This document shows positions 23,375-34,029 of a stretch of DNA of 64,000 bases, piece by piece. How positions within the stretch are numbered: the stretch's first letter is position 1; every line of letters starts with the position of its first letter. The position numbers and the translations under genes are program-made. The DNA comes from Leidyana gryllorum EB-2025a. Taxonomy: Eukaryota; Protista; Apicomplexa. Below the pieces are notes generated by a model, which saw only the letters and a program-made list of their open reading frames with translations, had not been told where the DNA came from and did no database searches. The DNA lies in NCBI GenBank assembly GCA_048772705.1, contig JBLWGC010000230.1, forward strand, positions 992,001-1,056,000, given 5' to 3'.

Positions 23375-24396
23375 GAATTGTACACCGTTATACCAGCCAG
23401 CTAGTCAGCCATCGCACAGACACTCTGTAGGAGTTAGTGAATTGTTGTAGGAGCGGTATGTGCGCCTAGAGTGACTTCAATCGCACCGCGAATAAGCTTC
23501 TGGAAGATACTTTTTATGCAAAACCACCATATTATACAATGTCTGAAGTGGGATTGGTTGATGGCGACGCTTTCCGAGAGGGGGGTTTATCTGGGAAGGT
23601 CACACTCACAACGCCCGCCCCCAATGATCGATGGATATGTGGTGCCCAGAAGTCCGCCCCGTATCGATGAGGAGCCGGCTCTGAGAAGATCCCATTCGCA
23701 ACGGCCAGCCCCCATACCCCATGGGTATGTCGTGAAGCCTGGAAGCCCCCCCGCATCCCTGAAGAGCCAGCCGTGAGAAGATCCCAGTCACAACGCCCAG
23801 CGCATCAAAATTTGGAAAATCCTCAGACTCCGCCGCGAACGGTCGACGGAAGACCCGGTGGGGACCATCTCTCTATCACAGGCGACCGTGCTCACATAGA
23901 AGGGCGCTGGGCAAATCCGATACCAAATCCGTTTGCACAGCAGTGGTCGCTGGTAGAATTGCGATCCCAGCGAGTAGGAAGGCCCGTGAGCGCCGGGTAT
24001 CAAGCGAAAACCGCAAGTGAATTGTCAAGAAACGATGTGGTGGCAAAATGGCTGTCGATGGGTGACGCACTCGGCGAAGAAAACAATTCTGGATGGCAGT
24101 AACCTTCAACAATGTGAACGCCGAATTTGCCATCATGCAATGACTAATAACTTTGACGATATGTATCTCTATCTTCGTGCTGCTCATTGTAAACTGAGGG
24201 GAACGCACTTATACTTATGTGACAGTGTTCGATCGTTCGAACACACACACGACAGATCATTTAAATCGAATTATTGGGGCATTCGCACGATGTGCGCTAC
24301 ACAAGCTAGTAGGAACACACTCCTCCGAGCACACGTGGTACGGTCTTTGGGCACTCTATAGTCTACAGCACCGTGTGTGATTGGATAAGTATCGAG

Positions 24397-25009
24397 ATGC
24401 GTGTTTTCATAGCATGTCTCCTCCCATGGACAATTCTCGGTTTGGATTTTGGTGTCAAGACAAATTTGCGTGGTGGTGTTCCAACGGGAGATGAGACTTT
24501 TCTGCGCATTGCAGACGCTGAAAGCGTCAAACCCGACCTCTCACAGGTACTCGAGTTGAAACGTGTTTCTTTCTCAAATGACACTCTAGGGGGTCGAGCT
24601 CAGCATGAGCGCTGAGGGCAGTTCCGTTCAACGCCGTCTGTTACGAGCAGTACAGGGTGGCAGGGTGGCGATATCCTTCCCCGACGCTCCCGAAGTGCAA
24701 GTACGGGCGCACGAGAACTTATGGATGGCAGGGACGGATGTCGAGTACATTGAAGATGAAGGTTCTCATTATTGGGAGGACTCATCCGAGCGAGTCTTCC
24801 GATTGGTTCGCGATATCTGGTCTTGGAGACCAACAGAAGTTGAGCGGTCGACTTCTTTTACGACGTTCACCTTCCCCACACATCCCGATTACACCCCCAT
24901 GGACAAAATATGGTGGTGTGTCAAAATGTCCCTGCCTGTGTCATTCTTGTTATTTTCGGTTTTGCATCCTGTGATGAAATCCGTATATGAACTAACTCAC
25001 ACTTACTAA
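24397..25009 (+). CDS. Small secreted/membrane hypothetical protein, copy 2 (exons appear identical to copy 1)
   Basis: Duplicate of 22762-23374. Confidence 0.6.
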
Positions 25010-25173
25010 GAATTGTACACCGTTATACCAGCCAGCTAGTCAGCCATCGCACAGACACTCTGTAGGAGTTAGTGAATTGTTGTAGGAGCGGTATGTGCGC
25101 CTAGAGTGACTTCAATCGCACCGCGAATAAGCTTCTGGAAGATACTTTTTAGGCAAAACCACCATATTATACA

Positions 25174-26611
25174 ATGTCTGAAGTGGGATTGGTTGATGGC
25201 GACGCTTTCCGAGAGGAGGGTTTATCCGGCCTTCTAGGTCCAGACCTCACCAAGCCCATGGTATTTGCGGGCGCCACCATTGGGTACCAAGGACCAAAGG
25301 CGCCTGATGTGAGGATACTCGCTCTGATCATCGATCACAAACATTGTAGGGGCTTTGGGGAAAGACCGACAACTCTGGCCTCACAATGGGCTATGTTCTC
25401 AGGAGCCGCAAAGTGAGTTTGTTGACACTATTGAATGGATGGATCGATCGATCGATCGTTCGTTCGATTATTGAGTGCCATCTTGCGTTGGAGCCTGCCC
25501 CTCCATACTTCTCATTCTGGCGCACACAAATCAACATTTCAGGAAATTGATTGCCGATTAGTGGATTTCACGCTAAGTGTCACTGAGCACGCTGTCTGTC
25601 TCTTAAATCAGGCTGACATTGTCAATCCTCGCGCTGACACCTTGGCGCTATATAATGCTGTATTCCAATACTACGCTCACTTGGCCAAAGTGCGTAGGCA
25701 ACTGAAGTTGTCGCCCAAACGTTTGTGGTTCCTTTTTCCCAACTTTGCTGGAGAGCGATGTGATGCAGGTGTGTCACCAAGGACTAGTCCATTCAGACAT
25801 CAATCATTCCATCTGCAGCCACCCTTCTAGACCGCGGTTTGCCCATATTTGTCAACCGTTTGTGGAAAGAAGCTCTTGGACCAAACCAAAAGTGCCCTTT
25901 CACGGAAGTTTTTGACTATGAGGTGCTCTTTAATTTCGCAGACTCGGTCGAACCCGACAGCCGGACTCAGATCCGTCAATTATGCCAAGAGTAATATTCC
26001 CCGCATCACCCCTCCCACTCCCAGCATCCCCCCTCCCGACACCCCACTCTCACTGCGATCACTCCTCGTGCAGATGGAATGAACGTGTAGAGGAGCGAAC
26101 GCCCCTCAAAAGCTCCAGAGTAGTCCCTGAGGACTGCACTCGAGCGGAATTTATCCGCTTCGCAACAAATCTTTGGAACGACATCATTGCTGCGGGGACC
26201 AGCTCCCCATACATGTTGGCTTACCGGCTGAGGGAACTTGAAGATCTTAGAAATGTTCCCAAGGCGCAGCCCGCTACCAGCCGCTCGAGTAGAAGACAGT
26301 TCTCTGACGCTGGTGAAGGTTCTCCGAAGGCGACTGACGTACGCTGCGCTTTCACAAGCACCCGTGCGTCTCACAGCAGAGGGTTCGCGTGACAATCGGA
26401 GGGAATGTGGATCTCGGTTCCTCAAGTATATGTTCCAGCCAATGGCACTCCCTCGATCAATAAATGCTCTCAACATCTTATATATAATACAGAAGACCAG
26501 GAAGCTTCTATTCCTAAACTATTTACTCCAGCACTCATAATGGCGTATCTATCCCGCACGCAATCGCGAACAGTTCGACCTTACGACGACGACGACGGCA
26601 GTTCTCAATAG
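25174..26611 (+). CDS. Multi-exon hypothetical protein; 3' end uncertain
   Basis: ATG in acaATG context and a chain of short ORFs separated by GT...AG segments. A truncated 5' copy lies at about 23539-23591. Confidence 0.4.
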
Positions 26612-27220
26612 ACATTCGCCGCATACGTATTCACACAGCCGCTCTAGATGGAACGGCCGACGTCCCCAAAATTGCTCACTGTTATCTTTGAATGAACTGG
26701 AATCGTTCCTCGTCGATTGCAATTATGCTTCTTCAGCAACATACTCCGAACCGTCACTGAAGCAAGACCATTTGACGGCACAGCGGCTGGAAGGGCCCAG
26801 ACCAACCGTTTCTGTGAATTGGTGATCACTAAGTCTACGTGTGGTGTGTGCTGGTCAGGTGTGGGAGACGGGGTGTGAAAACAACTTAGAATGACCGATT
26901 CATGTTCCGGGGTGGAATAGATCTCAGCTTCTGCGGTACGTCTTCAATTCTCGGGCCTGCTTTGATGCTCTGGCCTAATTGTGTTTTCACGCTGTCTTGG
27001 TAGTCGCTAAGGTGTATTTGGCCTCGCTGGACATGTACCACAGCAAAGGTGTTGATGGGTAGATAATTGACTTTGGTATTCTAGTTTTCAGATAGCGGTG
27101 AACAGTTCAAGAGTTGTGGTCGCACAATGACAGATCATCTGGAAAAAAATCTGTTTGCAACTTGAAGACGCAGCAACGCCCAATTGGCTCCTTGGAACTT
27201 AGCCTCCAACGTCCACGACT

Positions 27221-27856
27221 TCAACGGCGGCCCGGTCTGCCAGGTTGAGGATGGCCATAACCAGGCTGCTGAGGGTGGCCAAAGCCGGGCTGCTGAGGGT
27301 GGCCAAAGCCGGGCTGCTGAGGGTGGCCAAAGCCGGGCTGCTGAGGGTGGCCAAAGCCGGGCTGCTGAGGGTGGCCAAAGCCAGGTTGTTGGGGATGGCC
27401 GAAACCAGGTTGTTGGGGGTGGCCGAAGCCGGGGCCGGGTTGCTGGTGACCGAAGCCAGGAGCGGGAGGGGCGACGGCAGCGGGGCCGCTGCTGCCGCTG
27501 TTGTTGCGCATGATAGTAAGTTGGAGGGAAGGACGAGTGTCGCAGTTCTTCTCCGGGTTTAATTGAATAGCACCGCAGAATCTAGGTTGACGTCCAATGT
27601 AATCGTTGAGGTTGACGAAAGCTTTGGCGAAGCAATTGTCTTTGCTCATCATATCGATGGCCAAGGACACGTTGCCATCCCAGGAGAAGGAAGCTTGCTC
27701 TTCCCAGCTGCAAGTGGAACCTGGCTTCTCCACGCGCTTGCTCTCCCAGACGCTGGTGCCAACATAGAGCTTTACCGAGGGGCTGCAGCTCTTCAACAGG
27801 CCCAATTTTTCGGGAAGGTTGCTGGCGGAGTGGACGATGATGGTAAGAACTGACAT
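27221..27856 (-). CDS. C2-domain protein with C-terminal GFGHPQQP repeats
   Basis: LTIIVHSASNL...SPSVKLYVG...WEEQASF...AKAFVNL is a C2 pattern, followed by a Pro/Gln/Gly repeat tail. Confidence 0.8.
   Translation of the reverse strand: MSVLTIIVHSASNLPEKLGLLKSCSPSVKLYVGTSVWESKRVEKPGSTCSWEEQASFSWDGNVSLAIDMMSKDNCFAKAFVNLNDYIGRQPRFCGAIQLNPEKNCDTRPSLQLTIMRNNSGSSGPAAVAPPAPGFGHQQPGPGFGHPQQPGFGHPQQPGFGHPQQPGFGHPQQPGFGHPQQPGFGHPQQPGFGHPQQPGYGHPQPGRPGRR
27240..27460 (-). repeat. 24-bp coding tandem repeat (PGFGHPQQ), about 8-9 copies
   Basis: ggctgctgagggtggccaaagccg is repeated on the + strand. Confidence 0.95.
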
Positions 27857-27978
27857 GTTGGTTGAGAAGGAGAAAAGTAAATTGCTGTGTTGTCAGATTG
27901 AGTTAGTTGTCGAGGGAGATCTGTGTGCGCTGTTTCCCCATTTGGGACGTCTGTCTCTTTTTGGGGTCTGTCTTGGCG

Positions 27979-28017
27979 TGTGAGTGAGTGGAGTGAGTGG
28001 AGTGAGTGGAGTGAGTG
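27979..28017 (+). repeat. (GAGTGAGTG)n short repeat in the divergent intergenic region
   Basis: gtgagtgagtggagtgagtggagtgagtggagtgagtg lies between the C2 gene and the adhesin gene. Confidence 0.8.
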
Positions 28018-28091
28018 ACACAGTCCGTTAGGAGTGTGTATACCTTTCCATTAGGCAGTGTAAAAGCGACATATTTTGCTCCTTTAGTGCG

Positions 28092-29894
28092 ATGTCCTCC
28101 TTATTATTGAGTTACCTTATTTTCCTCTCTGGTCTGGTCTCTGGACGGACTGACGAGTGTACCTATGCGATCGAGTTAGTTCAAGTTCAAGATGGCTCGA
28201 CGTCCTTTGACGGACACATACAACTGATGGCTAGTTTCATGACAGAGCTGTCCATGCAGCTGACAGAAAGGTACGGCGAAGTGAAGATAGGTTTATCGAG
28301 TTTCGTGGACAAACCAATCCCCTACACTGGCATTGGTCCGTACGGAGCGTATCCAGAATATACATGGGACTATTGCTATCGTCGGCATACGCCACTCACC
28401 ACCGACGTACAATCAGTGATTGAAGGGCTGAGCCACTTACAACACAATTTGGGAAGTGGGAACGATTATCCTGAGAACCCTTTCGAGGGCTTAATGTATG
28501 CAGCCGCCGATCCCGAGATGGGTTGGTCCGCTCCCGATGTGACGCACTCCCCCCAGGGACGTCCCTTAGTCCGTATCGCTATGCTCATCACCGACGATAT
28601 TCCACACGGCCCCCCAGACGCCTATGCCTCCACACAACTGGGCTGGAATTGGAAACGTACGTACCCGTGGGGACCGGATGCTGACAGCTCCGGCGGTTTC
28701 GGAGCCCACGACTTTATTTATACTAATCAAATCTGGACAGCCGACGGTCATGACTACCTCTATTGGGACATGGCTGATCTATTTGGCCGCTTCGACAATT
28801 ACCCTGACACATTCACAGAGGACGAGGAGAGACGACTTGATGAGTTGATAGGTATCTTCGGGCCTTATCCGTGGCCCGAGATCCCCCCGACCCATCCTGG
28901 TGATCTGTCTATGCCATGTGAACAGGTTGACTATCCCACTGATTTTCAAGCGGGAACTTTTATTCAAACATATAATATATTGCCTGTCTTCCTTGTCGCC
29001 GATCCTGAGGCTGTGGCCACCCCCATGGCTCGCGCTTGCGCAGAATTAGGAATGCCTGGCGGCAAGGAATGTCTGGTTGAGTATTACACGCGCAACGTTA
29101 CTGCTATGGGCCTCCCAGCAGTCGTCGATGCGATCAACGGGACCAACACGATGCAAAAGATCCTTGACACTGTTGAAACGCTAGTTGAACTTTTATGTCT
29201 CGATATCCCCACAACATCCACCGACCCCGCGACGACTTCAACGGAGCCCGCGATCCTCACCTCGGACCCCGCGACGACTTCAACGGAGCCCGCGATCCTT
29301 ACCTCGGACCCCGCGACGACTTCTTTGGATTTTCCCACAGAGCCCGCGACGACTCTTTCTGAGCCCGCGGCTACTTTCACTGCGACGAGCAGTGAAGCCG
29401 AGTGTACTGTCTTCGGTACAACGTCTGAGGGAGGTCCCTATGACTCCCCAAGTGAAAATCTTAGCACCAACTACGAGGTTACGACAGAAGAGTCCTTCTC
29501 CACAGAGGAGCTCGAAATAACATTGTCTCTGACTGAAATCGCGTCGAGCGTTCCCGTGATAGTGCCCCCGGGCCCTGGCCCTGACCCCCAACCCACACCA
29601 GAACCCACTACCAGTACGGAAGCCAGCAGTGTTACGGCCAGCACTCAGAGGCCCGTTCAACCAGTCCGAACGACCACCGCTGGCAGCGATGGTCCGAGCG
29701 TTGGGGTGATAGCTGGAGCTGCCGGTGGGGCCGCAGCGGGGGCTTTACTGCTGGCAGCTGGCATATGGAAGTACGGTGGAAGCCTGTTTGGGAGCAATCC
29801 TGAGATGGCTGTTGGACCCGAAGAGGTAGAGTCGCCGGATGCGCCAGTAGAGAGAGAGATTATGGAGGACGTGACGCAGGAAATGTTCCAATAG
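28092..29894 (+). CDS. Type-I membrane protein with an integrin-beta-like vWA domain, Thr-rich stalk, TM helix and acidic tail (TRAP-like architecture); intronless
   Basis: Signal peptide, MIDAS DGSTS, IGLSSFVDKP, YRRHTPLT, SGNDYPENPFEGL, MGW, MLITDDIPH, DYPT and NILPVFLV. TM VIAGAAGGAAAGALLLAAGIW. Tail ends EDVTQEMFQ. Confidence 0.85.
   Translation: MSSLLLSYLIFLSGLVSGRTDECTYAIELVQVQDGSTSFDGHIQLMASFMTELSMQLTERYGEVKIGLSSFVDKPIPYTGIGPYGAYPEYTWDYCYRRHTPLTTDVQSVIEGLSHLQHNLGSGNDYPENPFEGLMYAAADPEMGWSAPDVTHSPQGRPLVRIAMLITDDIPHGPPDAYASTQLGWNWKRTYPWGPDADSSGGFGAHDFIYTNQIWTADGHDYLYWDMADLFGRFDNYPDTFTEDEERRLDELIGIFGPYPWPEIPPTHPGDLSMPCEQVDYPTDFQAGTFIQTYNILPVFLVADPEAVATPMARACAELGMPGGKECLVEYYTRNVTAMGLPAVVDAINGTNTMQKILDTVETLVELLCLDIPTTSTDPATTSTEPAILTSDPATTSTEPAILTSDPATTSLDFPTEPATTLSEPAATFTATSSEAECTVFGTTSEGGPYDSPSENLSTNYEVTTEESFSTEELEITLSLTEIASSVPVIVPPGPGPDPQPTPEPTTSTEASSVTASTQRPVQPVRTTTAGSDGPSVGVIAGAAGGAAAGALLLAAGIWKYGGSLFGSNPEMAVGPEEVESPDAPVEREIMEDVTQEMFQ
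29223..29375 (+). repeat. 42-bp coding repeat (DPATTSTEPAILTS) in the mucin-like stalk
   Basis: Two near-perfect copies plus degenerate copies of gaccccgcgacgacttc. Confidence 0.85.
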
Positions 29895-30024
29895 TCAGCT
29901 ATGAGTGATTGAGAGAACTGAGAGAACACCTGGTGCGAACCTCATAGCGCGTAGAGACACAACGCTTGCACTTGACAACAAGGCCCAAAAAAATTCCAAG
30001 GCGGTTTGGGCTCGAAGAGCAGTA

Positions 30025-30888
30025 ATGGGTCGAGTTATCAGAGGTATGTGGAGCACTATTGCTGTGGAATAAGCGTTATTTCAGGCCAGAGAAAGGGTGC
30101 CGGGTCGATTTTCACGGCCCACACCTCCAAGAGGCACGGTGCCGCGAAGCTCCGCAACTTGGACTACCCTGAGAGAAAGGGGTACATCCGTGGACTTGTG
30201 AGGGAAATCGTCCATGACTCTGGTCGTGGCGCTCCCCTCGCTAAGGTTCAGTTCCGCAACCCCCTCAAGTACGGCAAGCAGGACGAGCTCTTCGTCGCTG
30301 TTGAGGGCATGCACACCGGTCAATTCGTCTACTGTGGCAACAAAGGTAGGCACTCCCTCGGGTCCCGTCGCATATAGACACCTGACCTTCGCAGCCGCTT
30401 TGACCCCTGGCAATGTTCTGCCCATCGGCAAGATGCCCGAAGGTGCCGTCGCTTCCTGCGTCGAGCGTCGCGCTGGTGACCGCGGTCAGTTGGCTCGTGC
30501 CTCTGGCACTTACGCCATCATCGTCGGACACTCCGATGATATGTCCAAGACCCGCGTCCGTCTTCCTTCCGGCGCCAAGAAGACCCTCCTGTCTTCCTGC
30601 CGTGGTATGGTTGGCCTCGTCGCTGGTGGTGGCCGCATAGACAAGCCCATGCTCAAAGCCGGTACCGCGTACCACAAATACAAGGCCAAGAGAAAGTGCT
30701 GGCCTCGTGTCCGTGGTGTGGCCATGAACCCGGTTGACCATCCCCACGGTGGTGGTAACCATCAGCACATTGGTCACCCCTCGACTGTCTCCCGCCACGC
30801 TCCCCCAGGCCAGAAGGTCGGTCTCATCGCCGCCCGCCGTACTGGTCTGTTGCGCGGTTCCAGACAGGTCGTCCAGAAGGAGGATTAA
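30025..30888 (+). CDS. RPL8: 60S ribosomal protein L8 (uL2), two introns
   Basis: MGRVIR|[22 protein letters not shown] and [25 protein letters not shown]. Confidence 0.98.
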
Positions 30889-31325
30889 ATACGTGGTGCT
30901 TGCCTGCCTTGAATTTCTTCATGTGCAAAACAACATTCCGCCCTGGAACTCTTCAACTCAGCCCAGTAAAACCGTCTGTGCCTGTCAACTCCCACTTTGG
31001 CCCCGAGTCTGCCACCATTGCCGACTTTGCCGGACCCAACTTTGGAGCCAACTTTGCCCTTTGTCAGACCCTCCCGGGCCAAGCTGGCATGCGCAGAAAC
31101 TCGCTGTACCGACTCGATTCAATTCCCACTGCACTGACTGGACTCGGACACCGTTAGCTGATAGCCCCAACGCCGCTGTAAAGTGCGGAAACACGTTTGC
31201 ATCTCGCTAACGTTTCAAACACGGGGGGTACAGAGGCACCAAAGTCGCTAGGAGGGTGCAGAAACGGGAATTGGGCATTGAGTAGTGTGGTTCCTTTTCT
31301 TAAATGCGGCTCTCCTTTTCCCTTC

Positions 31326-32738
31326 ATGCCCGAAACTATCACTGGATGGCTGGAGCCCAGTGGGTGGGACTGCCTGGGTGCCCTCGTGTTCGCTATTGTG
31401 GGGGCAGCCTTGGGTAGTTGGACTGTACTGGGTCATCTTCGCCATTATGAACGACCCTCCCTCCAACGAAACATTGTCCGAATATTAGTCATCACCCCGT
31501 TGTACGCTGGTGAGTACATCAACACCGAGGCGCGTCTCTTCTCATACTTTTCATCGATGAACATCAGTCTTCTCCTTTCTGTCTCTTGTTTTCTCTCAGC
31601 ACTGGGTTCTGTTCGATGGTGTTCGCGACATATGGGAAGCTGTTGTTATATACTGTTTCTTGGCACTGATAATCGAATATGGAGGCGGCGAAGCCAACTG
31701 CGCGGAAGTTATGCAGTCTGATCCCGGTACGCCACACGCAAGATTGACCCAACTTTCCCTCGGCCCCGCGCCTGATCTCCACTCAACTGCGGTCTATGCC
31801 CACCAAAGTGTGTTCCTTGGATGGTTCACACCAGTTCAACGCAGTGTTACGTTCTGTGAAATCTGACTGATCATGCCTCTGACTACTGCAGGTACACTGA
31901 AGCATGTGTTCCCGATCAATATATGTGCCAAATGGCGCTGGACAAGAATACCGCCTGTCATCCATCTGACTCCAACATTTGTCAAATGGTGCCGACGAGC
32001 AACGGTGCAATTTGTGGTTGTCAAACCAGTGATGGCCTTCTTGGCAATATGGATGTATGTGGCTCGATACTGGCTGTGGCCAACATGGACAGTGTTTGAG
32101 TTTATCGTATACAATGTTTCTTATTCGGTCGCTCTATACGCCCTCGTGCTCTTCTATCTGGCTACTCGCACGAATCCAATGGTACAAGCCGTGCGACCAT
32201 TACCCAAGTTTTTGGCTGTCAAGATCATTGTATTTGCCACATACTGGCAGAGTCTCATAATACTTGCATTGAGTCCCCGCATGCCTCAAGAGACGGTCCG
32301 CGTAAGTTGTAAACCAGCAACATACAGCCTCACTCTCTGTCCGTGTAGCGATGGAACAGCTTCGTGCTTTGTATTGAGACCCCCATCGCCGCGGTACTGC
32401 AACTATACGCCTTTCCGGCCAAAGAGTTCTCTCCCGATGCCCCGAACTGGCGGACACTGGTGTTCAGAGGACGTGAAGTCTTCTCAGCGAAGGCAGCAAA
32501 AGAAGCGGACTTGGAAAGTGGACCTCCCAGTGCACAGATACCCTCGTCAGAGAAGTCCTCATCCCCTCCTCCCACTCGTAGAGGCGGAGGACGCGAAATG
32601 CTGGGGAGTGTCAAAGACGTGTTGGGCGTCACGGATGTGATGGAGGATGCATTGCATTCATTCAAGGCACGGTATGCTAAGCATGCTCAATTGAATATGA
32701 CGAGTGATGATGAAAAGGACCCAGACCAGAATATCTAA
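31326..32738 (+). CDS. TMEM184: TMEM184/organic solute transporter alpha family membrane protein, multi-exon
   Basis: HLRHYERPSLQRNIVRILVITPLYA, RDIWEAVVIYCF, QFVVVKP, LPKFLAVKIIVFATYWQ and LCIE. Confidence 0.9.
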
Positions 32739-32786
32739 TGCACCCTTCCGTTTTTCAATCACGTCCTATCGAGCTCCACCCCCCTT

Positions 32787-34010
32787 TCACGCGGTTAATC
32801 TCCACTCCCCTTCAGGCGTCTCCCTGAATATTGGGGCGGAGTCCCCTTCAGCGCGTGGGTTAGCTCCCAGAAGAGCTCCATCTAATGACCAAGACAGGCG
32901 ATCAGCTCCTTCAGCTGCCAGAGGCAACAACTGAGCTTGTCTCCATACCTTGGATGATAGGTCCTAATTATTTTGATCGACAATTCGCAGCCCCAAGTAG
33001 AGGTACAAGAAGAACTCACCATCATCCACAGAATTATTGTCCCGTCAGCGCCAAGTGACGCAATCAAATCCCTGGAGGTGTCGCTATTGGGCTGCCAACT
33101 AGCCGAAAGCACAGCCGTATGATGACCAGTCAGCGAGGCCTCGCATAGCCAGCCTCCCGTGGTAGGCTCTGGCGACCACACGCAGACCTTCGAACAAACA
33201 AACAATTGAACACACACCTCGATCGCTACTTACACGTCCATCTAGACCTGCGGTCACCAGTTTTCGAGTTGGGGACAAGTTGTAGTTGGCATCCAATTGG
33301 GAAGTCGGTGCCTGCGCAGGATCAGAATAAGACCAATCCGTGGCGGTGGCTCCTCCCAGATGTGCCAGGGTACTCTTACGACCCCAGCTGTGATCGGCCA
33401 GCAAAGAGTGGACGATCAAGTGCCCGTCTTGCGAAGCACTTGCCAGATGTAGACCCACGGGCGCGTTGGGGGCCAAAGCAGTCACTTGATAGGCGCTGGG
33501 GGGCGCGTTGGCGGAGACAGAGAACTTTAAAGCATGAATAGCGCCCTTGTGGGTTCGGTCCCTATGGGGCGAGCGTCAGAAGTTGGGCTGATGTATAGAC
33601 AAACTTACGCGTAGACCTCCTGCCAGGTCCCGCTGTATGGCACCTCTTTCCAGACGCGGATCCAGCCGTCGAGGCCTCCAGTTGCGCAGATTCGGCCAAA
33701 AGTGAGTGGTCCAAAGTCAAACTGTCGACCGAAGGAGAATGAATGAGTGGAGCTGCTCGGGAGGTGTGTGGACTCACACACAATATGGGACCATCGTGAG
33801 CTTTGAAGGCCGCTTGTGGGACGCCTTCGGGGGCGGCGGTATCATATATTTGGCACATTCCATCCTGTTGTCGGGTGATAGTAGAGTGGTGTGGGGGTTA
33901 AGTTTGTTTACCTGAGATACAGTGGCGAGCCTCCGACCACATGGATCGAAGGAGGCAGCCGTAAGGGGCTTGGCGTGCTGTGTTGGGAGGGGTTGGACGT
34001 TCAGGAACAT
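32787..34010 (-). CDS. SEC13: SEC13-like WD40 protein, multi-exon
   Basis: [60 protein letters not shown] and C-terminal [10 protein letters not shown]. Confidence 0.75.
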
Positions 34011-34029
34011 CGGTTCTCAAAATTTGGAG

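Larger units (their letters stand above)
21953..25226 (+). repeat. Near-identical tandem duplication, unit about 1636 bp (21953-23591 and 23590-25226)
   Basis: Direct comparison shows about a dozen differences. The junction ...gggtttaTCtgggaagg has TC microhomology. Confidence 0.95.

Noticed and set aside
21953-25226. Duplication interpreted as LTRs or a transposon
   Set aside because: The copies abut directly, with no TG..CA ends, terminal inverted repeats, target-site duplication, transposase or reverse transcriptase.
30890-31320. Repeated actttg/ccaac words and short ORFs between RPL8 and TMEM184
   Set aside because: No convincing start or family, so it is probably UTR or promoter low complexity.
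33541-33575. Hairpin with a T-loop-like ggttcggtccc
   Set aside because: There is no cloverleaf, and it lies across a SEC13 intron/exon boundary on the opposite strand.
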